DNA from: Gemmatimonas sp.
GTDB lineage: Bacteria; Gemmatimonadota; Gemmatimonadetes; Gemmatimonadales; Gemmatimonadaceae
Reading direction: 5' to 3'
Assembly (NCBI GenBank): GCA_965279375.1
Contig: OZ257156.1
Coordinates: forward strand, 2,080,001-2,144,000
Length of the DNA stretch: 64,000 nucleotides
Part shown: one piece after another, positions 37,754-47,598 of the stretch
How the letters are laid out: every line of letters starts with the position of its first letter
How positions within the stretch are numbered: the first letter of the stretch is position 1
The notes under the pieces: model-generated
What the model was told of the DNA's origin: nothing
What the model saw: the letters and a program-made list of their open reading frames with translations, nothing else
Databases searched by the model: none
Made by a program: the position numbers and the translations under genes

Positions 37754-37791
37754 TTGGCACCGAACTGTCGAGTGCACAGATTACGCGCATG
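37754..37791 (+). promoter_or_regulatory. Putative leaderless sigma70-type promoter of the FHA gene
   Basis: TTGGCA-N17-CAGATT-N6-ATG, with no Shine-Dalgarno sequence. Confidence 0.45.
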
Positions 37792-38862
37792 TCGCCCGCC
37801 GTCATCGCACTGATCGCCGTCCTCACCATCGCCGTGGTGGTGATCGTCGTGCTCGTGATTCGCATGAATCGGGAGCCCGTCGCAACGCGCGACGAGTCGG
37901 GGGTGCTGCCGTTGTTCACCAGCCACGGCGTCATGAACGAAGGGGAGGCCCCCGAGGGCTACGAGGAGTTCGACGAGGACGAGGCCGCCGAACGCGCTGC
38001 CCTGCAGCGTGACGTGGCCCGACACGAATCGGCGCAACGCGAGGCCACGCAACGGGAATCCGATCAGCGGGACGCGGCGCAGCGCGAGGCGCTCGAGTTT
38101 GCGGCGTCCGTTCGTGAGGCCGCCGCGCGGGAGGCCGCCCAGCGAGCGGCAGCGCAACGGGCCGCTGCGACAGCGGCGGCAGCGGCTGCAGCCGCGGCAA
38201 CGGGCCCGGCTGCCAGCGCGGCCGCGACGCCCGGAAGCGGCACATCGGCAGGCACATCAGCGGCCTCGATCAGTCCGGATGAGCTTGCTCGGCTTCGCGC
38301 GGCGGCCTCAGCCGCACCGAATGGAGCGCCGCGGACGCCGCCACCTCCCGCATCGACGCGTCCCCAAGCGCCGCCGTCGGTCCGCACCTTCAACACGGCT
38401 ACGCCGCTGCGACAGGCACCGCCCGTGGCGAATCCGTCGCCCGCGCCGTCCCCGTCTGCGATTCCGCCGGCACGGACTGGAGACACCGAGTCCACGATCA
38501 ACTTCAATATCCCCAATGACGGGACGTTGCAGTTTCTCCCCGGCCGCCTCGAGGTGGCGTCAGGACGGGACTCCGGTCGCGAAATCCGCTTCGTGCGGCT
38601 GCCGGGGCCGAATGGTGGCGAGTTCACCTTCGGCCGGAGCGAAGGGGAGCTCTATCGGCACATTCAGCTTCGCGACCAGACGGTGAGCCGCGCGCACGCG
38701 AAGATGCGCTTCGCTGAGGGACGCTGGATGCTGCAGAATCTCTCGCAGACCAACCCCGTCGTGCACGATGGCCGTCCCCTCGCCACCGGCGAGGAGCTGC
38801 CGCTGGAAGATGGTGCCCGAATCGAGATGGGCGAGGTACTTTTTGCGTTCAAGAATCGGTAG
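37789..38862 (+). CDS. Membrane-anchored FHA domain protein
   Basis: N-terminal TM helix; Ala/Pro-rich linker; FHA motifs FGRS, VSRAHA and SQTN. Confidence 0.9.
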   Translation: MSPAVIALIAVLTIAVVVIVVLVIRMNREPVATRDESGVLPLFTSHGVMNEGEAPEGYEEFDEDEAAERAALQRDVARHESAQREATQRESDQRDAAQREALEFAASVREAAAREAAQRAAAQRAAATAAAAAAAAATGPAASAAATPGSGTSAGTSAASISPDELARLRAAASAAPNGAPRTPPPPASTRPQAPPSVRTFNTATPLRQAPPVANPSPAPSPSAIPPARTGDTESTINFNIPNDGTLQFLPGRLEVASGRDSGREIRFVRLPGPNGGEFTFGRSEGELYRHIQLRDQTVSRAHAKMRFAEGRWMLQNLSQTNPVVHDGRPLATGEELPLEDGARIEMGEVLFAFKNR

Positions 38863-38907
38863 CTCTATCCCACCCGGCCATTCGTGGCGCGGAGTATTCA
38901 CGGCGCG

Positions 38908-41550
38908 ATGAACGAAGAGCGGGAAGAGAACGAGGTCAAGGACCTCGAAGAGTCCTACACACTGCTGGGCGAACTCGGACGCGGCGGCAGCGCGATTGTC
39001 TATCGCGCCCGCGACCGCGCGCTGCATCGTGAAGTGGCCATCAAGGTCGTGCGTCCGCGGCTGGCCGTCTCCGGCGAGGAGGCAATGGAGCGCCTCGCCC
39101 GCGAAGCGCGCACGGTCGCTCGCCTGCAGCACCCGAACATCGTCACCGTCCACGCCGTCGGGCGCATTCGCGACGGTGGGCTGGCGCTCGTCATGCAGCT
39201 CATTCCGGGGCGCACGCTCAAGCAGGCGCTCGCCGAGGATGGGGCCTTCGCACCCGAGCGTGCGGAGAAAGTGGTCAAGGACATCGCCGACGCACTCGCT
39301 TTCGCCCATGCCAACGGCGTCGTGCATCGCGACGTCAAGCCGGAAAACATCTTTCTCGACAGCAACACGGGACGCGCACTCCTCAGCGATTTCGGCATCG
39401 CGCATTCCAACGAGTTCGAGTCCCGCTTGACGATGGACGGCGCCACGATCGGTACGCCGGCCTACATGTCGCCAGAGCAGATCGACGGTGCACCGGCCAA
39501 CGCACGCTCCGATGTCTACAGCCTCGGCCTGGTCGCGTGGGAGATGCTCACGAACGAGCGCCCGTGGGAAGGCGAAGCCCTGTACAACGTCATCTTCAAG
39601 CAGAAGAACGAAGATCTCCCTGCGATTGACTCGATTCGCCCCGGCGAAGTTCCGCCGCGGCTGCAGTACATCATCGAACGCATGATGCAGAAGCGCCCGT
39701 CCGCGCGATGGGCCGGTGCGGACGGCCTGCTCTCGGCGCTCAACAACTGGGTCGTGCCGAGCGATTGGCGTCAGTGGGAGGAATCGCATCGGCGTCGCCG
39801 AGAGGCGGAGAAGAACAAGCCGCGTCCGAAGCCTGCCCCGGTCGATCCGACGTCGGCCGCCACGGTGCGTTTCGTTCGTCCGACGGAGGGCGTGGTGCCG
39901 TCGGTCGCGCCCAGCACGGCCATCCCGTCCTCCACCAACGCGCCTACCGCTGCGGCGGTGACTGCCAACAGCGCCGAGGATGAAGCCCCGTCGTGGGCGA
40001 CCGCCGAGCCGCGCTCCAACGTGCGACGCTGGGCGCTGGCGGGCGGCCTGCTGTTGTTGGTGGGCGGCGGTGGCGTGGCGACGTACGTGAGTCAGCGTGC
40101 GGCCAACGACAATGTCGCGCCCGCGGCCACGCTCACCGACTCGCGCTCGGTCGAAATGCCGATCGTCGCGGGCCCCACGACAGACTCACTCGGCGCGCCC
40201 ATCGACTCGACCACGCGCTCGCCCGCCGACTCGATGCGGATGGCGGAGGCGATTCGACCCGACAGCGTGCTCGCCGATTCACTGGCGAAGGCTGCACGTC
40301 GCGCGGCCGCTGCTCAGGCAGCGGCAAATCGTGCTGCGGCCGCGATGGCAGCGGGCGCTTCCGGCGCGCCCGGCGCAGCGACCGTTGCTGCACCGGTTGC
40401 TGCACCGACGCGGCCACCCACGGCGCCTGTCGCGGCTGCGACACCGGCCCCGGGCCCTGCCGTCGAGCCCAGTCGCGGCGAATCGGTGCGCGCGACCGAC
40501 GACGCCGCTGTCGTGGCCGCCGGCGGTCGGCATAGCTGCACGCTGGTGAGCAGCAAGGTCTACTGCTGGGGAGCAAACGAGCGCGGGCAGTTGGGCGACG
40601 GCGATGTCGAGTCGCGCGAGACGCCGGAGCCGATCGTTGGCGATCTGGCCTTCTCGCAGATCACGACTGGCCTGGAGCACACCTGCGGTATCTCGCGCGG
40701 TGAAGCCTATTGCTGGGGATCGGACGAACGTGGTCAGCTCGGCGATGCGACCACCACCTCGCGGAGCGCACCGGTGCGCGTGTCGGGGAGCTATTCGTTC
40801 CGGCAACTGCGTGCGGGCATCGCGCATACGTGCGGCCTGACGACGAGTGGCGACGTTGCCTGCTGGGGCGCCAACAGCAACGGACAGTTAGGCGATGGCG
40901 GCGGCAGCACGCGCTCGTCGCCGGTGCTGGTGGGCGGCGGCATGCGGTTCATCTCGGTCACGGCCGGCTGGAATCACAGCTGCGCGCTGGCGAGCGACGG
41001 ATCGGCGTGGTGCTGGGGCGCGAATGCTGGCGGCCAGTTGGGCAACGGGACGAGGGCCGATGCGCGCGCACCGGTGGCGGTGGCGGGCGGGCTCAAGTTC
41101 ACGAGTATCGCGGCCGGCGGTACACACACCTGCGCGGTCTCGGAAGAAGGGGAAGCGTTCTGCTGGGGGCGCAACTCCTTCGGGCAGTTGGGAACGGGCG
41201 GTTCCACCGATCAGCCATCGCCCACACGCGTGAGCACGCAGACGCGGTTCGTGTCAGTGACGGCGGGTGGCGTGCACACCTGTGCGCGCACGCGCGGCGG
41301 GCAGGGGTGGTGCTGGGGACGCAACGTCTACGGCCAGCTCGGCGATGGCAGCGTGAACAATCGGGACACTCCGGCGCGCGTCGCCGCGTCGGCAGGTTTC
41401 GCCTCGCTCAACGCGACCGGCGCGCACACCTGCGGCGCGGCCACCGATGGGGAGACGTACTGCTGGGGGTTCAACGTGGAAGGTCAGTTGGGTGATGGCA
41501 CGCGCAATCATAGTCCGCGCCCGATGCGCGTCACGATGACGCCCAAGTGA
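38908..41550 (+). CDS. Hanks-type Ser/Thr kinase with a TM helix and an extracytoplasmic 7-repeat RCC1-like propeller
   Basis: LGRGG, VAIK, HRDVKPEN, DFG and GTPAYMSPEQ motifs; TM WALAGGLLLLV; seven H-x-C...CWG-x-N/D-x-x-GQLG repeats; alternative GTG start at 38884. Confidence 0.93.
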   Translation: MNEEREENEVKDLEESYTLLGELGRGGSAIVYRARDRALHREVAIKVVRPRLAVSGEEAMERLAREARTVARLQHPNIVTVHAVGRIRDGGLALVMQLIPGRTLKQALAEDGAFAPERAEKVVKDIADALAFAHANGVVHRDVKPENIFLDSNTGRALLSDFGIAHSNEFESRLTMDGATIGTPAYMSPEQIDGAPANARSDVYSLGLVAWEMLTNERPWEGEALYNVIFKQKNEDLPAIDSIRPGEVPPRLQYIIERMMQKRPSARWAGADGLLSALNNWVVPSDWRQWEESHRRRREAEKNKPRPKPAPVDPTSAATVRFVRPTEGVVPSVAPSTAIPSSTNAPTAAAVTANSAEDEAPSWATAEPRSNVRRWALAGGLLLLVGGGGVATYVSQRAANDNVAPAATLTDSRSVEMPIVAGPTTDSLGAPIDSTTRSPADSMRMAEAIRPDSVLADSLAKAARRAAAAQAAANRAAAAMAAGASGAPGAATVAAPVAAPTRPPTAPVAAATPAPGPAVEPSRGESVRATDDAAVVAAGGRHSCTLVSSKVYCWGANERGQLGDGDVESRETPEPIVGDLAFSQITTGLEHTCGISRGEAYCWGSDERGQLGDATTTSRSAPVRVSGSYSFRQLRAGIAHTCGLTTSGDVACWGANSNGQLGDGGGSTRSSPVLVGGGMRFISVTAGWNHSCALASDGSAWCWGANAGGQLGNGTRADARAPVAVAGGLKFTSIAAGGTHTCAVSEEGEAFCWGRNSFGQLGTGGSTDQPSPTRVSTQTRFVSVTAGGVHTCARTRGGQGWCWGRNVYGQLGDGSVNNRDTPARVAASAGFASLNATGAHTCGAATDGETYCWGFNVEGQLGDGTRNHSPRPMRVTMTPK

Positions 41551-41557
41551 GCAACGC

Positions 41558-44500
41558 ATGACTACGCCGATGCGAACGCGCGTGCGCCGAGTGCTGGGCG
41601 CAGCCCGACTGGCGGCGCTGCTGCTCGGCGCGGGCGCAGCGACCGCCTGTCGTGGCATCAGCGATCTCACGGGACCGACACCGATCGGGACGGCGGTCGC
41701 GTCGGTGGAGCTGTCCATCGATGTGCTGTCGCTGACCGAAGGCGGCACTGCCGCGTTGCAGGTGACTGCGCGCGACGACAAGCGGCAGACGATCAGCGAT
41801 CGCAAGATCGTCTGGTCGAGCAGCGACACCTCCGTGGCGATCGTGTCGGCGGCCGGACTTGTCTCCGCCGTGCGTCCCGGTACCGCGCAGATTGCGGTGA
41901 CTGTGGAAGGGCAGAGCGCCGTCGCGCGCTTGACCGTGCTGGCGCGCACCGTGGCCAGCGTGACGATCACGCCCACGACGCCCTCGGTGCTGGTTGGCGG
42001 ATTTCTGCGACTGAGTGCGCGCACGGTTGATGGAAGTGGCACCGTGCTCACCGATCGCCCGGTGTTCTGGAATAGCAGCGATCCACGCGTGGTGGTGGTC
42101 GATCCGAGTGGGCTGTTGACCGGTATCGCGCCGGGTGGAGCGACGGTGACGGCCACCAGTGAAGCGCGCAGCGCGACCGTCGGTGTGACCGTCTTGGCGG
42201 TCCCGGTGGCGTCGGTGCGCGTACAGCCGGTGCGCGATACGCTGATCGTCGGACAGACCTCGCAACTCACAGCCACGCCGCTCGATTCGGCGGGCACACC
42301 GCTCACCGACCTGGTGACCTGGACGTCGAGCCAGCCGACGGTCGCGACCGTGTCATCGTCCGGCTTTGTCGCTGGCGTGGCGCAGGGCACCGCGACGATT
42401 ACCGCAGCAAGCGGCGGCCGTTCTGCCACGGCGAGCATCGTGGTGCTCTCGCGTCCGGTGGGTGCGGTCATCGTGTCGCCCGCGCAGGCGTCGCTCATCG
42501 TCGGGCAAACCGTTCGACTCGGCGTGCAGATCACCGACGCGGCCGGCAATCTGCTCACAGGACGCCCGATCACCTTCGCCAGCAGCAACGTCGATGTCGC
42601 GACGGTCGCGGCAGACGGCACCGTCAGCGCGCTCGACGTGGGCAGAACGAACATCACCGTCGCCAGTGAAGGGAAGACGACCGTCGTTGCCATCACTGTA
42701 TCGCCTTCGCCGATTGCGACGCTGCGTTTGACTCCGACCACGGCCGCGCTGTTGGTGGGCGCCTCCACGAGGTTGCTCGTGGACGCACTCGATGCGAGCG
42801 GCAATGTGCTCGGGCAGCGGGTGGTCACCTGGCGCTCCGGCGCGCCCAACATCGCGCGCGTCGGCACGGACGGAACAGTCACGGCACTCGCGGCCGGCAC
42901 CGCAATCATTTTCGCGACCTCAGAAGGACGCATCGCCACGGCGACGATCACTGTAACCGCGCTCACCGCACGCAGCGTCAGCATCTCGCCGGCGACCGCG
43001 ACACTGATCATTGGCGATGCCGTCGATCTGACGGCGACCGCCCGTGACGGCGCGGGGCAGTTGCTCAGCACCCGCCCGATTACCTGGAGCTCCAGCAATC
43101 CTGCCGCTGCGGTCGTCTCGAGCGGCGGACGCGTGCGCAGCGTCGCGCCGGGTACGGCGCGCATCGATGCCGTGATCGATGGTGTGACCGGATCGAGCAA
43201 CGTCACCGTGTTGAACATTCCCGTGGCCACGGTGCTGGTGACCATGGCTTCGTCGCTGATTGTGGGGCAGGGCACCACCGCGTCGGTCACGCTGCGCGAT
43301 GCTGCGGGCAACATCCTGCTCGGTCGCGCGGTGTTGTGGAGCAGCTCCAATCCTGCCGTCGCGAGCATCGGCAACGCCTCGGGGGACATTGTCGCGGTGT
43401 CGCCCGGTTCCACGACCATCACGGCGTTCAGCGAAGGGAAGACGGGATCGGCCACGTTGACAGTGCTACCCATTCCGGTGGCGTCGGTCTCCGTCACGCT
43501 TGGCGTCGGGTCGCTGTTCGTCGGCTCGACCACGTCGAGCACGGTCGTGTTGCGTGACGCCAATGGCAACGTGCTGACCGGTCGCCCGATCACCTTCACG
43601 AGCTCAAACAACTCCGTCGCAACGGTGGACGCCGGTGGTGTCGTGACCGCCGTGGGGCCGGGCGTGGCCACCATCACTGCCACCAGCGGCACCGCATCAG
43701 GCTCTGCGGGCATCACAGTGGCGCTGGTGCCGGTCGCGTCGGTGAGCGTTGCCCTCGGCAACGGTACGCTGTTCGTGGGCGCCAGCACACAAGCCGTCGC
43801 CGATCTGCGCGACGCCAATAACAACGTGCTCACGGGACGCGTGGTCACATGGGTCAGCTCCAATCCTTCCGTCGCCACCGTCAGCAATTCGGGTGGCGTG
43901 GTGGCCGTGGGGCCCGGCACCGCGAGCATCACGGGATCGAGCGGCGGACAGAGCGGTTCCGCGAGCATCACCGTACTGCAGGTGCCGGTCGCGTCGGTCT
44001 CCGTGACGCCGTCCACGCAGAGCATCGTGCTCGGCGGTGGTGGATCCGTCACCGCCACTCCGCTCGATGCGTCGGGCGGCGTACTCACCGGTCGTGTCAT
44101 CACCTACGCCAGCTCCGACGTGAGCGTAGTGACCGTGAGCAGCACGGGCGCGCTCACGGCAGTCAGCATCGGCAGCGCGACCATCACCGCGACCAGTGAA
44201 GGCCAGTCTGGCACCGCGTCGGTGAGCGTGATTCCGCCACCGGTGGCCACGGTCAACGTGGGGTTGGGCGCAGGATCGCTTGACGAGGGACTCACAACGA
44301 CCGCGACGGCCGTGACGCTCGACGCTGCGGGTAACGTGCTCGTCGGCCGCGTAGTCACCTTCTCGAGTTCGAATCCGACCGTGGCCAGCGTGGGTCCATC
44401 GGGCACCGTGACGGCAATCAGTATCGGCACGACGGACATCATCGCCACCAGTGAAGGCAAGACCGGTCGTGCCACGTTCAGCGTGACGCGGCCGCCGGTG

Positions 44501-44749
44501 GAAACGGTGATCGTCACGATCGGCGCCGCCACGATCGTCGTCGGCCAAGGAACGTCGGCCGCCGCGGAATTGCGCGACGCCCAGAATCGCGTGCTGACAG
44601 GGCGCGTCTGCACCTGGAGCAGTTCGAATCCGGCCATTGCGGTGGTGACCAATAGTGGTGCCGTTGATGGCATTGCTGTGGGTTCGGTCTCCATCACTGC
44701 CACCTGCGAAGGCAAGTCCGGATCCGTCGGCGTCACGGTGATTCCATGA
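41558..44749 (+). CDS. Lipoprotein made of 12 Big_2 (bacterial Ig-like) domains
   Basis: Lipobox-like ATAC; 12 repeats of about 85 aa with (W/F/Y)-x-S-S...VATV...G-x-V...G-x-ATITA-x-SEG. Confidence 0.9.
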   Translation: MTTPMRTRVRRVLGAARLAALLLGAGAATACRGISDLTGPTPIGTAVASVELSIDVLSLTEGGTAALQVTARDDKRQTISDRKIVWSSSDTSVAIVSAAGLVSAVRPGTAQIAVTVEGQSAVARLTVLARTVASVTITPTTPSVLVGGFLRLSARTVDGSGTVLTDRPVFWNSSDPRVVVVDPSGLLTGIAPGGATVTATSEARSATVGVTVLAVPVASVRVQPVRDTLIVGQTSQLTATPLDSAGTPLTDLVTWTSSQPTVATVSSSGFVAGVAQGTATITAASGGRSATASIVVLSRPVGAVIVSPAQASLIVGQTVRLGVQITDAAGNLLTGRPITFASSNVDVATVAADGTVSALDVGRTNITVASEGKTTVVAITVSPSPIATLRLTPTTAALLVGASTRLLVDALDASGNVLGQRVVTWRSGAPNIARVGTDGTVTALAAGTAIIFATSEGRIATATITVTALTARSVSISPATATLIIGDAVDLTATARDGAGQLLSTRPITWSSSNPAAAVVSSGGRVRSVAPGTARIDAVIDGVTGSSNVTVLNIPVATVLVTMASSLIVGQGTTASVTLRDAAGNILLGRAVLWSSSNPAVASIGNASGDIVAVSPGSTTITAFSEGKTGSATLTVLPIPVASVSVTLGVGSLFVGSTTSSTVVLRDANGNVLTGRPITFTSSNNSVATVDAGGVVTAVGPGVATITATSGTASGSAGITVALVPVASVSVALGNGTLFVGASTQAVADLRDANNNVLTGRVVTWVSSNPSVATVSNSGGVVAVGPGTASITGSSGGQSGSASITVLQVPVASVSVTPSTQSIVLGGGGSVTATPLDASGGVLTGRVITYASSDVSVVTVSSTGALTAVSIGSATITATSEGQSGTASVSVIPPPVATVNVGLGAGSLDEGLTTTATAVTLDAAGNVLVGRVVTFSSSNPTVASVGPSGTVTAISIGTTDIIATSEGKTGRATFSVTRPPVETVIVTIGAATIVVGQGTSAAAELRDAQNRVLTGRVCTWSSSNPAIAVVTNSGAVDGIAVGSVSITATCEGKSGSVGVTVIP

Positions 44750-46395
44750 CCACGCGTTTGCAGAGTGCTGGCACGATGCAGCGGTGCGTCGCGCGGACAA
44801 CGCGTTTCGCGTCGGTAATCGCTGCCGTGCTGCTGCTGGGCTCCTGCACCGAAGCCACGGTGGAAACGGTGCCGGTGACGACGGTGGTACTGACGCCCAC
44901 GTCGGCGGCCCTGCGCGTTGGCGCCACGACGGCACTCGTGGCGCGCTCATTCGACGCGAACAGCAATCCGGTCGACGCGGGCTTCACCTGGTCCACCAGC
45001 AATCGTCTCGTGGCCACGGTGTCCGGCAACGGCATCGTCACCGCGATTGCGCCCGGCGATGTCCAGATCGCCGTCAGCACGCTCGGCAAGAGTGCGACCG
45101 CCTCGATCACCGTGACGCCGAGGACGGTCGCGACCGTGCAGGTGTCGCCGGCCACGGTGACGACGCGCGTGGGTGCAACCGTACCGCTGCAAGCCATCAC
45201 GCTCGACGATGAGGCAGGCGCGCTCACCGGACGGGCGATCACGTGGGCCAGCAGCAACATCGCCATCGCCACCGTGAATGCGCAGGGTGTCGTGACCGGC
45301 ATCGCGCCAGGTGCGGCGACGGTGACGGCAACCAGCGAAGGGCGGGTGGGGCAATCGGCGGTGACGGTCACCGTGCCGCCGGTGCAGACAGTCACCGTGT
45401 CGCCCGCGGCCGACACCGTCGCCGTTGGCATCGATCGTCCGCATACCGTGTTGCTGCGCGACGCGAGCGGAGCAACGCTCACCGGACGCGCGGTGGCGTG
45501 GAGCTCGAGCAACGTGGCGGTGGCCACCGTGACGTCCACTGGTACCGTCACGGGACGTTCACCGGGGACGGCGACGATCGCGGCGACCAGCGAGGGACGC
45601 GTCGGCACGGCCAACGTGATCATTCTTGCGCGTCCCGCCGATGCAGTTACGCTGACGCCGGAGACGGCGACGCTGGTCGTCGGCACGACGCAACGGTTAA
45701 CCACGCAAGTCACTGACGCGATTGGCAATCTGGTGCCGGGTCGACAGGTGACCTACACGAGCAGCGCCGCGACCATCGCGCGCGTGGACACTGCGGGGCT
45801 CGTGACGGCTGTCGCCGCTGGCACGGCGCGCATCACGGCGACGAGTCAGGGCAAGAGCGCGGTCGCCACCATCACGGTGATTCCGGTGCCGGTCGCGACG
45901 GTCACGATGAATGTCACCGCCGCGACAGTGCTCACCGCGGCCACACGCCAGCTCTCGGTTGTGTCGCGTGCGGCCGACGGCACGACGTTGGCGGGACGCA
46001 CGGTCGCGTGGACGACGGGCGCCCCGGGCGTGGCAAGCGTGTCCAATACGGGACTGGTCACCGGTGTCTCGCCCGGCGTCGCGATCATCCTGGCGACAGT
46101 GGAAGGCATCACGGCTACGTCGACCATCACGGTCGCACTGCCAACGGTCGCCTCGGTGTCATTGACGCCGGCGACGCCAACGGTGGCCGTCAACGGCAAT
46201 CTGCAGCTCACCGCAACCCCGCTCAACAGCGCCGGAACTGCACTCACGGGACGCTCCGTGGCGTGGTCATCGGCTGACGAAAGCATCGCGTTCGTGTCCA
46301 GCACCGGCCTCGTGGTCGGATTCAAGGCGGGCACGGTCCGCATTACGGCCTTAGTGGAGGGAGTCAGTGCCTCGGTGCTCGTCACAGTTCGATAA
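44746..46395 (+). CDS. Lipoprotein made of 6 Big_2 domains
   Basis: Lipobox LGSC; six of the same repeats; ATGA overlap with the previous gene. Confidence 0.9.
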   Translation: MTTRLQSAGTMQRCVARTTRFASVIAAVLLLGSCTEATVETVPVTTVVLTPTSAALRVGATTALVARSFDANSNPVDAGFTWSTSNRLVATVSGNGIVTAIAPGDVQIAVSTLGKSATASITVTPRTVATVQVSPATVTTRVGATVPLQAITLDDEAGALTGRAITWASSNIAIATVNAQGVVTGIAPGAATVTATSEGRVGQSAVTVTVPPVQTVTVSPAADTVAVGIDRPHTVLLRDASGATLTGRAVAWSSSNVAVATVTSTGTVTGRSPGTATIAATSEGRVGTANVIILARPADAVTLTPETATLVVGTTQRLTTQVTDAIGNLVPGRQVTYTSSAATIARVDTAGLVTAVAAGTARITATSQGKSAVATITVIPVPVATVTMNVTAATVLTAATRQLSVVSRAADGTTLAGRTVAWTTGAPGVASVSNTGLVTGVSPGVAIILATVEGITATSTITVALPTVASVSLTPATPTVAVNGNLQLTATPLNSAGTALTGRSVAWSSADESIAFVSSTGLVVGFKAGTVRITALVEGVSASVLVTVR

Positions 46396-46408
46396 GGTGC
46401 GCATCCCG

Positions 46409-47536
46409 ATGCGACTACTCGCTGCGGTGTGCGCGGTCGCGGCGCTGAGTGTGCGCGCCGACGCACAGCTGCTCGCGCCCAAGCGCGTGCTCACCACCGG
46501 CCCCGCACCCGGTTGCGAGGTCAGTACGTCGGCGCAGACCACGGTTGCTCGTCGAGACAACGTCGAAGCGCGCCGTTTGGCGGCGGTTGGGCAGGAGGCC
46601 GCACTCATCGGCGATCAGACGGCAGCGCGCGATGCGTTTGCCAAAGCCGCCGCACTCAATCCCACCGACGAACGCGTCGCCTACGACCTGGCGCGCGCGC
46701 ACGAAGAGCTCTCGGAGTCGGCCAAGGCCGTGACCGAGTTCTGTCGCTATCTCACGCTCTCGCCAGCGGGACGCGAAGCGGCCGACGTGCGCGCCCGTCT
46801 GTTGCGCCTCGTGCCCGCGCCAGAAGTAAAGCGTGCGCAGGATGTCCAGGTGGCCTTCCGACTCGGCCTCGGTCTCTTCGACGACGGCAACTACTCCGCC
46901 TCTGCACGCGCCTTCGACGACGTGGTGCGTTCTGCGCCGACCGCCGCCGAAGCGGTCTACAATCGCGGGCTCGCTCGTGCAGCGTCGGGCAACCGCGCGG
47001 ACGCCGTCAAGGACCTCGAGCTCTTTCGCGCCGCCGCGCCCACCGTGGACGATCGCGTTGCCGTTGGTCGCGCGATCGAAACGTTGCGGCGTCCTGTGTA
47101 CAACCCGGGTGTGGCCTTCGCGGCGGGGCTGCTGCCGGGCTTCGGACAATTCGCGACCGGGCGGCCGATCGGTGGGTTCGTCGTGCTGCTCGCTGCAGCC
47201 GGCTCGGCGGGTGCGAGCTTCATGCAGCGCACCACGGAAACCACGGTGCCGTACGTCGATCCCAATGGCCAGCCGGCGCCGTACACGCGCTCATCGACTG
47301 AGCGTCCGTATCTCGTGCCGGGACTCGCGGCGGCGGGTGGTGTGACGCTCATCGCACTGATTGAAGCGGTGGTGCACGCGAACCGTTCGCAGCGCTACGC
47401 ATCGGTTGTGGCCAAGCGCGGTGCCAATGCTCCTGCAGCTGCGCCCGCCGCAACGCCACCGTCACCTGGTTTCGCTGTGACGCCGCTCATCGACCGAAAC
47501 GGACGCACGGGACTACTCTTCAGCAGACGCTTCTAG
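46409..47536 (+). CDS. Secreted TPR protein with C-terminal hydrophobic PGFGQ region
   Basis: Signal peptide; TPR-like helices (AYDLARA, AVYNRGLA); LLPGFGQF; two further hydrophobic segments; ends GLLFSRRF. Confidence 0.8.
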   Translation: MRLLAAVCAVAALSVRADAQLLAPKRVLTTGPAPGCEVSTSAQTTVARRDNVEARRLAAVGQEAALIGDQTAARDAFAKAAALNPTDERVAYDLARAHEELSESAKAVTEFCRYLTLSPAGREAADVRARLLRLVPAPEVKRAQDVQVAFRLGLGLFDDGNYSASARAFDDVVRSAPTAAEAVYNRGLARAASGNRADAVKDLELFRAAAPTVDDRVAVGRAIETLRRPVYNPGVAFAAGLLPGFGQFATGRPIGGFVVLLAAAGSAGASFMQRTTETTVPYVDPNGQPAPYTRSSTERPYLVPGLAAAGGVTLIALIEAVVHANRSQRYASVVAKRGANAPAAAPAATPPSPGFAVTPLIDRNGRTGLLFSRRF

Positions 47537-47598
47537 CGGACGCTGTTGCGAGTGTGAACGGCGAACGCAGCTAACCCACCGTTTCGCCGTCGCCCATC

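Noticed and set aside
37755..37769. Sigma54 promoter (TGGCAC)
   Set aside because: The -12 position reads TGTC, not TTGC; a sigma70-type spacing fits better
43470..44470. Diversity-generating retroelement template/variable repeats
   Set aside because: The DNA similarity follows the Ig domain period, shows no adenine-specific pattern by eye, and no reverse transcriptase is present
41254..45728. Long minus-strand ORFs (949, 210, 417 and 331 aa)
   Set aside because: Antisense shadows of the repetitive, GC-rich Big_2 genes with no independent motifs
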